DNA of 64,000 nucleotides. Origin: the human T2T-CHM13v2.0 reference genome, Homo sapiens. Made by a program: the position numbers and the translations under genes. The stretch lies in assembly GCF_009914755.1 (NCBI RefSeq), contig NC_060948.1. The stretch is one strand, 5' to 3'. Positions 1 through 25,461 of this stretch are shown here, one piece after another (the stretch's first letter is position 1; every line of letters starts with the position of its first letter). The notes beneath the pieces were generated by a model. That model was not told the DNA's origin, searched no databases, and worked only from the letters and a program-made list of their open reading frames with translations.

Positions 1-5403
<5,403 letters not shown>

Positions 5404-6081
5404 CAACAATGCTATTTTCAAGGACAAAAGAGGGTCACATTAATTTGGGTTTCCATCAGAGTGGTTGAAAAAACTGCTTTCATCACCTTCTCTCAATGAT
5501 TAGCTTCTCTACACATTTTTAACAGGCAAGGAAACTGAGTCAAAGGCAATGCTTCTGATGACAGATTTGGCAGGCAGGAAGGCAGGATTTGAGTGTCAGT
5601 TGCATGTAGTGACAATTTCAGTATTCAGCAAGACAGCTTGGGGACTGAGAAGCAGTGCTCTAGGAAATCATTCAGGATTTTTCTTTTTTATATTGTTTTC
5701 AAAGAGACACCTGTATATACATGTATTTGTATTCCACAAATATGCAAAACTGTCCTTCTTTTGCTTCCCCTGAGAGTAAGGAAAAAGGCAAACAAGATAA
5801 ATATTTGGGAAAAATATTACTGTCAGCATTTCAAGAAATGCAGTGTCACAAATTGTTAAAGAATGTCGGTCATGGAAACTAAAGAATGCTGGTTTATTTT
5901 TTTTTAACTCTGTGGAAGGCATAGAGCATGTCTCTCATTCATGAATCCACTTATTTGCTTAAATATGTCTGCACAGCCCTTACTTGTGCTGGATATCAAC
6001 AGAGCCTGAGGAAGCAGAGAGGAGGAGGAGGAGGTGGTGCTTGGAGTGTTTATGCTCAATAGACTGGTTCTTCAGATGGTG

Positions 6082-6292
6082 CAGGGTCTCTCAAAATGCC
6101 CATGAATGACATTTGGGGATGGATGATTCTCTGGGCTTGGGTGTCCTGTGTAGGGTGTTGAGAAGTATCCCTGGGCTCTACCTGCCACATGCTAGCATCC
6201 CCCCACCCCCAAAAAGTTGTGATGACCAAAATGTCTCTGGACATTACCAAATGCCCCTTTAGAGGGTGCAAACTTGCTCCTGAGAGCCACTG
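6082..6292 (-). mobile_element. MER20 (hAT-Charlie DNA transposon fossil)
   Basis: gacatttgggg..ttgtgatgaccaaaatgtctctggacattaccaaatgcccc..gagagccactg resembles MER20. Confidence 0.8.
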
Positions 6293-6297
6293 ATGCG

Positions 6298-7000
6298 GAC
6301 AGATTAGATTGGTAAATAGATAACTGATAGATGATTGATATAGATAGATAAGTGATAGATAGATGGTAGACAGGTGATAGATAAATGACTGGCAGATACA
6401 AAGAGATAGATGATAGGTTGATAATAGATATAGATAGGGGACAAAGATTGATACAGATAGATGATTGATAGATATAAATAGATAGTAGATACAGATAGGA
6501 GTAAGATAGGTAGATAGATAATAGATGGTTGGATGGAGGATAGATAGATAAATGATGGATGGATAAATGATGGATGGTTGGATGGATGATAGATACACAG
6601 ATAAATAAATGATGGATGGTTGGGTGGATGATAGGTATATAGATAAATAGATGTATGTTTGGATGAATTATAGATAGAAGATAGAGTGACAGATAATGTA
6701 TGGTTGAATAGATGATCAATAATTGGATAGATACCTATGTAGATAGACTGATGACAGATGGTTGGGTGGATTAGATAGGTAGTTGGGTAGATGATAGATG
6801 TATAGATAAATAGATGATGCATGGTTGGATAGGTGATAGATGAATGGATGGATGATAGATGAGAGATGAGAGATAGAGATGAGAGATAGATAGATAGAGA
6901 TGAGAGATAGATACATACATACATACATACATACATACATACATACATACATACACAGACAAATAAATGAGGGTTGACTGGATGGATAATAGATAGAGTT
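6298..7000. repeat. Complex (GATA)n/(GGAT)n repeat containing a pure (ATAC)11 STR at 6911-6954
   Basis: Directly visible degenerate tetranucleotide tract. Confidence 0.95.
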
Positions 7001-7007
7001 TCTCATG

Positions 7008-7223
7008 CTAAGGATTTCTCCGCCTCAGCAGTATGGACATCTGGGGCAGGAGGATTCTCTATGGTGGGACTGTCCTGTGCACTGTAGGGTGTTGAGCAGA
7101 GTCCCTGGGCTCCACCCACAAGATGCCAGGAGCACGCACCACCCCAGTGGACAACCAAAAATGTCTCTAGATATGGCTACATTCCCTGCATAAGGCTGTA
7201 CCTTTCCTGATTGCGAAACACTG
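7008..7223 (-). mobile_element. MER20, second copy
   Basis: ggacatctgggg..ctgtcctgtgcactgtagg..gacaaccaaaaatgtctctagat. Confidence 0.8.
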
Positions 7224-7708
7224 TGCTAGGTAAATACACGCAGCAGAGGGTTTCAGAAACATGTTCATTTGGACAGTCTTCTTCAGTGCATGATGTGGAA
7301 ACTGAGATCTGGGGAGGTAAGTTCACCTAGGTGTAGAGAATGTTTCTGCAGGACATACCTTGGTAAAATTTTACCTGGAAAAAAATTGGCAAAAACATCC
7401 TATCAACAAAAATTTCTGCATTCACATGAGGTGATGGGCTGAAGAGGTGTTTGGAAACATTAAAAGTGTTTCAGAGAGCATTCAGATTCTAGAAGATTAA
7501 AAAACCAAGTGGGATTGTAGTCCCATTTAAAAAGAGCTATATTTTTATGACTTAGATAGCATTTTCACTGAGTCAAGAATAGAAGAATGGCTGGGCAGAA
7601 TGATATGAACAAATGAGAGGACGTGTTCTCCTGGCCGCAAAAAGATCATGAAGAAAGTGCGACCCTCAAGTAAAGAGACCTGGGGTTTAGTAATAGATAT
7701 AATGTAAT

Positions 7709-7800
7709 AGTGGTGCAGGCCCGTAGTCACAGCTACTCAGGAGGCTGAGCTAGGAGGATTACTTGAGCCCAGGAGTTTGAGGCTGCAGTTTGCAAAAAAA
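7709..7800 (+). mobile_element. Alu monomer fragment (old, FRAM/AluJ-like)
   Basis: cagctactcaggaggctgag..ttgagcccaggagtttgaggctgcagt followed by an A-run. Confidence 0.8.
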
Positions 7801-8482
7801 TCATTTCTACCTGCAACCTGTCAGTGCAACCTTATTTGAAAAAAGAGTTTTTGCAGATGTAATCATGTGAAGGACCTGGAAATGAGATTATTCTGGATAA
7901 GGATGGGTTCTAAATGCAATAAGTGTGCCTATAAGAGACAAATCAGGGGACACAGACACAGAGGAGGAGGCCATGTGGAGACAGAGGCAGAAAATGGAGT
8001 GACATGGCCCAGGGATTCCTGGAGCCCCCAGGATCTGGAAGAGGCAGGAAGGATCCTCCCCTGGAACATCCAGAGGGAACTGCATACAATTGTAGTGCAT
8101 TGAACAGTGGCCCCCAAAATATATGCCCATATTCTGACTCCCAGATCCTGGGAATGGGACCTTATTTGGAAATAGGGTCTTTGCAGGTGTAATTAAGTTA
8201 AAGATCTTGAGACGAGTTCATCCTGGATTAGACGGGCTCTAAATCCAATAATAGGTGTCTGTCCTAAGAGACAAAACAGGAGGAACAGACACAGGAGAAG
8301 GCCTTGTGGAGATGGAGGCAGACTGGAGTGATGCAGCCACAAGCCCAGGGACATCTGGAGCCCCCCAGGAGCTGGGAGAGGCAGGAAGGATCCTCCCCTA
8401 GAGCCTCCATAGGGAGCATGGCCCTGAGACACTTTGATGTCAGACTTCTGGTCTCCAAAACTGAGAAGGAGTCCATTCTGTT
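7801..8482 (+). mobile_element. Tandem MLT1 (MaLR, MLT1C-like) LTR units; continues at 14534-14598 after L1-B
   Basis: Two repeats of ccttatttggaaa..tttgcagatgtaat..gaggcaggaaggatcctcccct; interrupted by L1-B. Confidence 0.8.
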
Positions 8483-8514
8483 TTTTTTTTTTTCTTTCTG
8501 AAGGTAACATATAT

Positions 8515-14533
<6,019 letters not shown>

Positions 14534-14598
14534 ATTTCTGTTGTTTTTAAGCCCCTATTTTGAGGTGATTGGTTACAGAAGCCCTGAGAAATAAATGC
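14534..14598 (+). mobile_element. MLT1 LTR 3' end (right half of the element split by L1-B)
   Basis: atttctgttgtttttaagcc..gttacagaagccctgagaaataaatgca. Confidence 0.75.
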
Positions 14599-15097
14599 AA
14601 ATATTTAAAATTTTCTTGTAGGGATGGTCATGATGATAGGTACTTAAAACCTCATGACAGGTAAAATAAATGATTTAAACCAGTTTGTCCAGAACACAAA
14701 GGTGTGATTTGAGCAGATCATTAATCAGAATCACATATGACTATTATTATTTGTAAATAATATACTAACTACAAGACAGTTGTTTTTTTCCCCCTAAATG
14801 GCTAAGTTCTAACATCTGGTATATGTTCTTGTAAATCTGTGGACACAAGCAAAATCCCTAGCTAACCATCCATTGTCACCATTTAATTACTCTCAGGCCC
14901 TCACAGAAAAACAAAACTTCAATCAGGCTCTAGTCCTTGAAGTCTGGTTTGTAATTGCAAAGGCTGTTCTTGTTTAAATGAAGCTGGGCTGAATGTGGGA
15001 CAAGATGAGGAAGACCCCAATCCTGCTGCTGAATTCAGTCTCCAAGACACTGAACCCCACAAGATTGTTTTCTGCACTTTTGTCATTTAAGACCCAA

Positions 15098-15375
15098 GTC
15101 TCACCTGTAATCCCAGAACTTTGGGAGACCAAGGCCTGCAGATTGCTTGAGCCCAGGAGTTCAAGACCAGCCTGCGCAATATAGCAGGATCACATCTCTA
15201 CAGAAAATACAAAAATTAGCTAGGTGTGGTGGTGCATGACTGTAGTCCCAACTACTCTGTAGACTGAGGTAGGAGGATCACTTAAGCCCAAGACAATGAG
15301 GCTACAGTGAGCCGAGATCACACCACTGCACCCCAGCCTGGGTGATAGAGAAAGATTGTCTCCAAAAATAAAAAA
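15098..15375 (+). mobile_element. AluJ
   Basis: Alu dimer with ttgagcccaggagttcaagacc and an A-rich tail. Confidence 0.9.
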
Positions 15376-15644
15376 TGACCCAAGTCTTTTGGAGGTGGAA
15401 GTTCAGTAACAGATTAATGATGAAACTAAGAGGGCTAGTGTTAGTGAGATCCTGGATGGCCAGCACAAACTGACTGCTTTGGGAAAAAAAAAAAAAAGTT
15501 GGTTTATCTTCTCCTGAGAGGTTGTTCATCTTACTTTTTAGTAGAGTCTTTTTAAAATTAACCTTGTTAGAACACAAGAAACCTGTGTTTCTTGTTGGCT
15601 TTATGTTGTCATCTCCTGGATTGATTTAAACATCCTCAACTCCA

Positions 15645-16552
15645 AGTGTCTTCATTTCCTGGGGCTGCCCTTGCAAGTGACCACAGAACCTATGGCTTAA
15701 AACAAAAGGAATTGATTCTCTCACAGTTCTGGAGACCAGCAGTCTGAGGTGAAAGAGTGGACAGAGCTATGCTACCTCTGGAGGTTCTAGGAAAGGATTC
15801 TTCCTGCCTCTCCCAGCTCCTGGAGGCTCTAGGCATCTCTGGGCTTGTTGCTGCATCACTTCAGTGTCTGCCTCCATCTCCAGGTGGCTTACTCCTCTCC
15901 ATCTGTGTCTCCTTTTGTGTCTCTTAGAAACCTGCTGTTTAATCTAGGGCCACACTAATCCAGGATGATCTCATCTTGAGATCCTTGACTTAAGTATACC
16001 TGCAAAGCCCTCATTTCCAAATAAGGTTCCATTCACATATTCTGGGGATAGGATGTGGACATATCTTTTTGGGACACTATGGTTCAATCCATTACAATTG
16101 TATTCCACTCCTTCTGGAGGCTCTAGAGGAGGATCCTTCCTGTCTCTCTCAGCTCCTGTGGACTCTAAGCATAATTGGGCTTGTATCTGCCTCACTCCAG
16201 TTTCTACCTCCATCTCCACATGGCCTTCTCCTCTGTGTCTGTTCTCTTCTGTCTCTTTTCTCTCTCTTTTTTTAATTGGAGACAGAGGTTCACTCTTGTT
16301 GCCTAGGCTGGAGTGCAATGTCACGATTTTGGTTCACTGAAACCTCTGCCTCCTGGGTTCAGGCAATTCTCCTTCCTCAGCCTCTTGGTTTTCTGTAAGG
16401 ACATTTGTCCATAGATTTAGGGCTTATCTAATCCAGGATAATATCATTTTGAGATACTTAAGCCATTTATATCTTATCTAAATAAGTTCACATAAGTTCC
16501 AGAGGTTAGGACATAGACACATCTTTGAGGGCCACCATTCCACCTGCTACAC
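15645..16552 (-). mobile_element. Tandem MLT1 (MLT1C-like) LTR units, with an Alu fragment at ~16265-16385
   Basis: Reverse-complement homology to 7801-8482; embedded Alu right-arm piece. Confidence 0.8.
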
Positions 16553-17247
16553 AAGGCTCTATTAATATCTCTGACCTACAATTCAGAATCTCTGAGAGAG
16601 AAGCCTGGGTGAGTACGAAGTGCAGCAAGAATATGATGAGGAAGTGGCCTCTTTAGTGCTGGAATTCATTTGTTCCTGAAGTAGTTTGGCAAAACTATAC
16701 TGTGATCCATCACATATTTCTTATGATTTAACCCTCAATGGGGCAACCTATTTTGCTAATTTTTATCATATTGTGTGGTACCTCCCCCCAAGAAGACATT
16801 AGAACCTTGTGTGTTGTTGAAATTCTGCATGCTTCTGTTTTCAGATTTGTGGGAAAGAGGAAAATTATAGGATATTTATCTCATAAAGCCATTGTGAAAA
16901 TAGAATATGAGATTCTTAGAACAAAGCCTGTCACATCACAAGTACTCAGTATATGTTGGTTGTTTCCATACTTATTGCTGTCATTTCTCCAGTAGTTTGA
17001 AGAGTGATGGTTTCCAAAGTATGTTCAAGTTAAGCACTACAACCACTCTTGGGAGAGTTGAATTCGGATGAAGCGTTCTTAGATATGACCACTATACTGG
17101 TGTGGGATTAGAGCATCGGTGTAGGTTCAGTCCTACACCATCCAACTTCAGCTGAAGCTTATGCATCCTAAGCCATGTAGCAGAACCAGAACTAGAAACC
17201 AAAACTAGAACAAACATGTGCGCTGTGCTGTGTTGTGCCTAACCATG

Positions 17248-17581
17248 GAGCTTTGGGAAAACATGGCCTATCAAACAAGGTTTTGAGTGGATGGGACACT
17301 TGGGAAAACATGCACAATTAAACTAGGCTTTGAGTGGATGAGGAGCCTTGGAAAAGCATGGCTGATCAACAAGGCTTTGGGTGGATGAAAAGACTTGGGA
17401 AACCATGGCTGATCGAACAAGGCTTTGAGTGGATTATGAGCCTTGGAAAAATATGGTCCATGAAACAAAGCTTTGGGTGGATGGGGAGCTTTGGGAAAAC
17501 ATATTCCATCACACAAGGCTTTGAGTGGATGAAGAGCCTTGGGAAAACATAGCCGACCAAACAAGACTTCAAGTGGATGAG
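17248..17581. repeat. Minisatellite, 7 diverged copies of a 47-48-bp unit
   Basis: gtggat recurs at 17287, 17334, 17381, 17429, 17477, 17525, 17573. Unit ~gagccttgggaaaacatggccgatcaaacaaggctttgagtggatga. Confidence 0.92.
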
Positions 17582-20502
17582 ACAAAGGCTTGAATTTATT
17601 TCCTGTTCTTTAATAGCTGTGTGAATGTAGATGTCCTCTACTTAAACTTCTGTTTCTTTGTGTATATCAAGTGGGGATGACACCACTCATTTTACCAGGC
17701 CATTGGGAAAACCACAGATATATCATAATTCATAGGACAAAACTTGAAAGTTCCATTAAAAAAAGAAGAAAAACACTGAAGCTGTGTCCACTCTCTGGTA
17801 GGACAGCATAAATTATCTGAGAGAAAAATGTACCCTTTTTTTGTTTTAGGAAACATTCTATGATGCTTCCTAATTATATAAACAGAAAAAACTTCAAGGA
17901 CTACATAGTTGGAGTTTTCAGTCAAGGGGAATTACTATATGGTGTTGTCTACAGAAAGAAAGGAAGGGCTGAGGAGCCCAACTAGACAAGTAGGCACCTC
18001 AGAGAGTGAGTCACAGACTGATGATGTATCAATTGTGGCTGCAACACTGTGGCCCAAGACTGACACAGGAAATGCACTCACCTTCCATTTCTCCCACTTC
18101 TTCTCCAAAGTCCGATACCTGCCCCATTGCTGACTTCAGCAACAAGTCACCTGATAGGAGCTCTGCAGGGGACATTCTCCTTGCCATGCAGAGCTGAGGA
18201 TATACAGGAAGTAGATCAGGAAAACGGGTGCCAGGAAATCTAGTATAAAAGCCAACAATTACTTACAATGCTTGATTGAAGACATTTGTCTAGTTTCTTT
18301 TTTTATCCTTTGGGGCATTTTTTAAAATATATATATATTTTATTATACTTTCAGTTCTAGGGTACATGTGCACAATGTGCAGGTTTGTTACATAAATATA
18401 CATGTGCTATGTTGGTGTGCTGCACCCATTAACTCGTCATTTACATTGGGTATATCTCCTAATGTTATCCCTCCCCCCTCCCCCCACCCCACTACAGGCC
18501 CCGGTGTGTGATGTTCCCCTTCCTGTGTCCCAGTGTTCTCATTGTTCAATTCCCACCTATAAGTGAGAACATGCAGTGTTTGGTTTTTTTGTCCTTGTGA
18601 TAGTTTGCTGAGAATGATGGTTTCCAGCTTCATCCATGTTCCTACAAAGGACATGAACTCAACATTTTTTATGGCTGCATACTACTCCATGGTGGTGCCA
18701 CATTTTCTTAATCCAGCCTCTCATTGTTGGACATTTGGGTTGGTTCCAAGTCTTTGTTATTGTGAGCAGTGCCACAATAAACATACATGTGCATGTGTCT
18801 TTATAGCAGCATGATTTATATTCTTTGGGTATATACCTAGTAATTGGATGGCTGGGTCAAGTGCTATTTCTAGTTCTAAATCCTTGAGGAATCCCCACAC
18901 TGTCTTCCACAATGGTTGAACCAGTTTACAGTCCCACCAATAGGGTAAAAGTGTTCCTATTTCTCCACATCCTCTCCAGCACCTGTTGTTTCTTGACTTT
19001 TTAATGATTGCCATACTAAATGGTGTGAGATGATATCTTACTGTGGTTTTGATTTGCATTTCTCCGATGGCCAGTGATGACCATTTTCTGATGTGTCTTT
19101 TGGCTGCATAAATGTCTTCTTTTAGAAGTGTCTGTTCACATTCTTCGCCCACTTTTTGATGGGGTTGTTTCTTTTTTTCTTCTAAATTTGTTAGAGTTCT
19201 TTGTAGATTCTGGATATTAGCTCTTTGTCAGATGAGTAGATTGAAAAAATTTTCTGCCACTGTGTAGGTTGCCTGGTCACTCTGATGGTAATTTCTTCTG
19301 CTGTGCAGAACCTCTTTAGTTTAGTTAGATCCCATTTGTCAATTCTGGCTTCTGTTGCCATTGCTTTTGGTGTCTTAGACATGAAGTCCTTGCCCATGCC
19401 TATGTCCTGAATGGTATTGCCTGGCTTTTCTTCTAGGGTTTTTATGGTTTTAGATCTAACATGTAAGTCTTTAATCCATCTTGAATTAATTTTTGTATGA
19501 GATGTAAGGAAGGGATCCAGTTTCAGCTTTCTACATATGGCTAGCCAATTTTCCCAGCACCATTTGTTAAATAGGGAATCCTTTCCCCGTTTCTTGTTTT
19601 TGTCAGGTTTGTCAAAGATCAGATAGTGGTAGATGTGTGGTATTATTTCTGAGGGCTCTGTTCTGTTCCATAGGTCTATATCTCTGTCTTGGTACCAGTA
19701 CCATGCTGTTTCGGTTACTGTAGCCTTGTAGTATAGTTTGAAGTCAGGTAGTGTGATGCCTCCAGCTTTGTTCTTTTGGCTTAGGATTGACGTGCCAATG
19801 CGGGCTCTTTTTTAGTTCCATATGAACTTTGAAGTAGTTTTTTTCCAATTCTGTGAAGAAAGTCATTGGTAGCTTGATGGGGATGACATTGAGTCTATAA
19901 ATTACCTTGGGCAGTATGGCCATTTTCCTGATATTGATTCTTCCTACCCGTGAGCATGGAAAGTTCTTCCACTTGTTTGTGTCCTCTTTCATTTCATTGA
20001 GCAGTGGTTTGTAGTTCTCCTTGAAGAAGTCCTTCACATCCCTTGTAAGTTGGATTCCTACATATTTTATTCTCTTTGAAGCAGTTGTGAATGGGAGTTC
20101 ACTCATGATTTGGCTGTCTCTCTGTTATTGGTGTATAAGAATGCTTGTGATTTTTGCACATTAATTTTGTATCCTGAGACTCTGCTGAAATTGCTTATCA
20201 GCTTAAGGAGATTTTGGGCTGAGATGATGGGGTTTTCCAGAAATACAATCATGTAATCTGCAAATAGGGACAATTTGACTACCTTTTTTCCTAAGTGAAT
20301 ACCCTCTATTTCTTTCTCCTGCCTGATTGCTCTGGCCAGAAATTCCAACACTATGTTGAACAAAAGTGGTGAGAGTGGGCATCCCTGTTTTGTGCCAGTT
20401 TTCCAAGGCAATGCTTCCAGTTTTTGCGCATTCAGTATGATATTGGCTATGGGTTTGTCATAAATAGCTCTATTATTTTGAGATACGTCCCATCAATACC
20501 TA

Positions 20503-20982
<480 letters not shown>

Positions 20983-22431
20983 CTAAATTTCAGAGCCTTT
21001 TATTGGTCTATTCAGAGATTCAACTTCTTCCTGGTTTAGACTTTGGAGGGTGTATGTGTCGAGTAATTTATCCATTTCTTCTAGATTTTCTAGTTTATTT
21101 TCATTGAGGTGTTTATATTATTCTCTGATGGTAGTTTGTATTTCTGTGGGATCGGTGGTGATATCCCCTTTATCATTTTTTATTGGGTCTATTAGATTCT
21201 TTTCTCTTTTCTTCCTTTTTAGTCTTGCTAGTGGTCTATCAATTTTGTTGATCTTTTCAAAAAACTAGCACCTGGATTCATTGATTTTTTGAAGGGGTTT
21301 TGTGTCTCTATCTCCTTCAGTTCTGCTCTGATCTTAGTTATTTCTTGCCTTCTGCTAGCTTTTGAATGTGTTTGGTCTTGCTTTTCTAGTTCTTTTAATT
21401 GTGATATTAGGGTGTCAATTTTGGGTCTTTCGTGCTTTCTCTTGTGGGCATTTAGTGCTAGAAATTTCCCTCTACACACTGCTTTGAATGAGTCCCAGAG
21501 ATTCTGGTATGTTGTGTCTTTGTTCTAGCTGGTTTCAAAGAACATCTTTATTTCTGGTTTTATATCCTTATGTATCCAATAGTCATTCAGGAGCAGGTTG
21601 TTCAGTTTCCACGTATTTGAGTGTTTTTCAGTGGGTTTCCTAATCCTGAGGTCTAATTTGATTGCACTGTGGTCTGAGAGACCACTTGTTATAATTTCTG
21701 TTCTTTTGTATTTGCTGAGGAGTGCTGTACTTCCAACTACGTTGTCAATTTTGGAATAGGTGCAGCATGGTGCTGAGAAGAATGTATATTCTGTTGATTT
21801 GGGGTGGAGATTTCTGTAGATGTCTATTAGGTCCACTGGGTGCAGAGCTGAATTTACTTCCTGGATATCCTTGTTACCTTTCTCTTTCATTGATCTGTCT
21901 ATTGTTGACAGTGGAGTGTTAAAGTCTCCCATTATTATTGTGTGGGAGTCTAAGTCTCTTTTTCAGTTCACTAAGGACTTGCTTTATGAATCTGGGTGCT
22001 CCTGTATTGGGTGCATATATATTTAGGATAGTTAGCTCTTCTTGTTGAATTGATCCCTTTATCATTATGTAATGGCCTGCTTTGTCTCTTTTGATCTTTG
22101 TTGATTTAAAGTCCGTTTTATCAGAGACTAGCATTGCAAGCTATGCCTTTTTTTGTTTTCCATTTTCTTGGTAGATCTTCCTCCATCCCTTTATTTTGAG
22201 CCTATGTGTGTCTCTGCACGTGAGATGGGTTTCCTGAATACAACACAATGATTGGTCTTGACTCTTTATCCAATTTGCCAGTCTGTGTCTTTTAATTGGA
22301 ACATTTAGCCCATTTTCATTTAACGTTAATATTGTTATGTGTGAATTTGATCCTGTCATTGTGATGTTAGCTGGTTATTTTGCTCAGTAGTTGATGCAGT
22401 TTCTTCCTAGCATCAATGGTGTTTACAATCA

Positions 22432-24565
<2,134 letters not shown>

Positions 24566-25166
24566 AGAATGTTGAATATTAGCCCCCACTCTCTTCTGTC
24601 TTGCAGAGATTCTGCTGACAGATCAGCTTTTAGTCTGATGGGCTTCCCTTTGTGGGCAACCCGACCTTTCTCTCTGGCTGCCCTTAACATTTTTTCTTTC
24701 ATTTCAGCTTTGGTGAATCTGACAATTATGTGTCTTGGAGTTGCTCTTCTCGAGGAGTATCTTTGTGGCACTCTCTGTATTTCCCAAATGTGAATGTTGG
24801 CCTGCCTTGCTAGATTGGGGAAGTTCTCCTGGGTGATATCCTGCAGAGTGTTTTCCAACTTGGTTCCATTCTCCCTGTCACTTTCAGTTACACCAATTAG
24901 ACATAGATTTGTTCTTTCACGTAGCCCCATATTTCTTGGAGTCTTTTTCATTTATTTAATTCTTTTTTCTCTAAACTTCTCTTCTCACTTCATTTCATTC
25001 ATTTGATCTTCAATCACTGATACCCTTTCTTCCAGTTGACTGAAACAGGTACTGAAGCTTGTGCATTCATCATGTAATTCTGGTCCCGTGGTTTTCAGCT
25101 CCATCAGGTTCTTTAAGGACTTCTCTGCATTGGTTATTCTAGTTAGCCATTTGTCTAATCTTTTTT

Positions 25167-25461
25167 TTTTCTTTTTTATTATTATTATACGTTAAGTTTT
25201 AGGGTACATGTGCACAATGTGCAGGTTAGTTACATATGTATACATGTGCCATGCTGGTGTGCTGCACCCATTAACTCGTCATTTAGCATTAGATATATCT
25301 CCTAATGCTATCCCTCCCCGCTCCCCCCACCCCACAACAGCCCCCATAGTGTGATGTTTCCCTCCTGTGTCCATGTGTTCTCATTGTTCAATTCCCATCT
25401 ATGAATGAGAACATGTGGTGTTTGGTTTTTTGTCCTTGCGATATTTTACTGAGAATGATGA
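25167..25461 (-). mobile_element. L1-C2: ~300-bp L1PA3/PA4-like 3' end nested in L1-C
   Basis: TSD tgtctaatctttttt at 25152-25166 and 25462-25476; poly(T). Confidence 0.93.

Noticed and set aside
6056-7006. Several 96-214-aa I/Y/L/S/H-rich ORFs
   Set aside because: Artefacts of the TATC/TCCA simple repeat
17248-17581. CRISPR-like array or CER 48-bp satellite
   Set aside because: There are no unique spacers, the context is eukaryotic, and there is no convincing sequence match to CER
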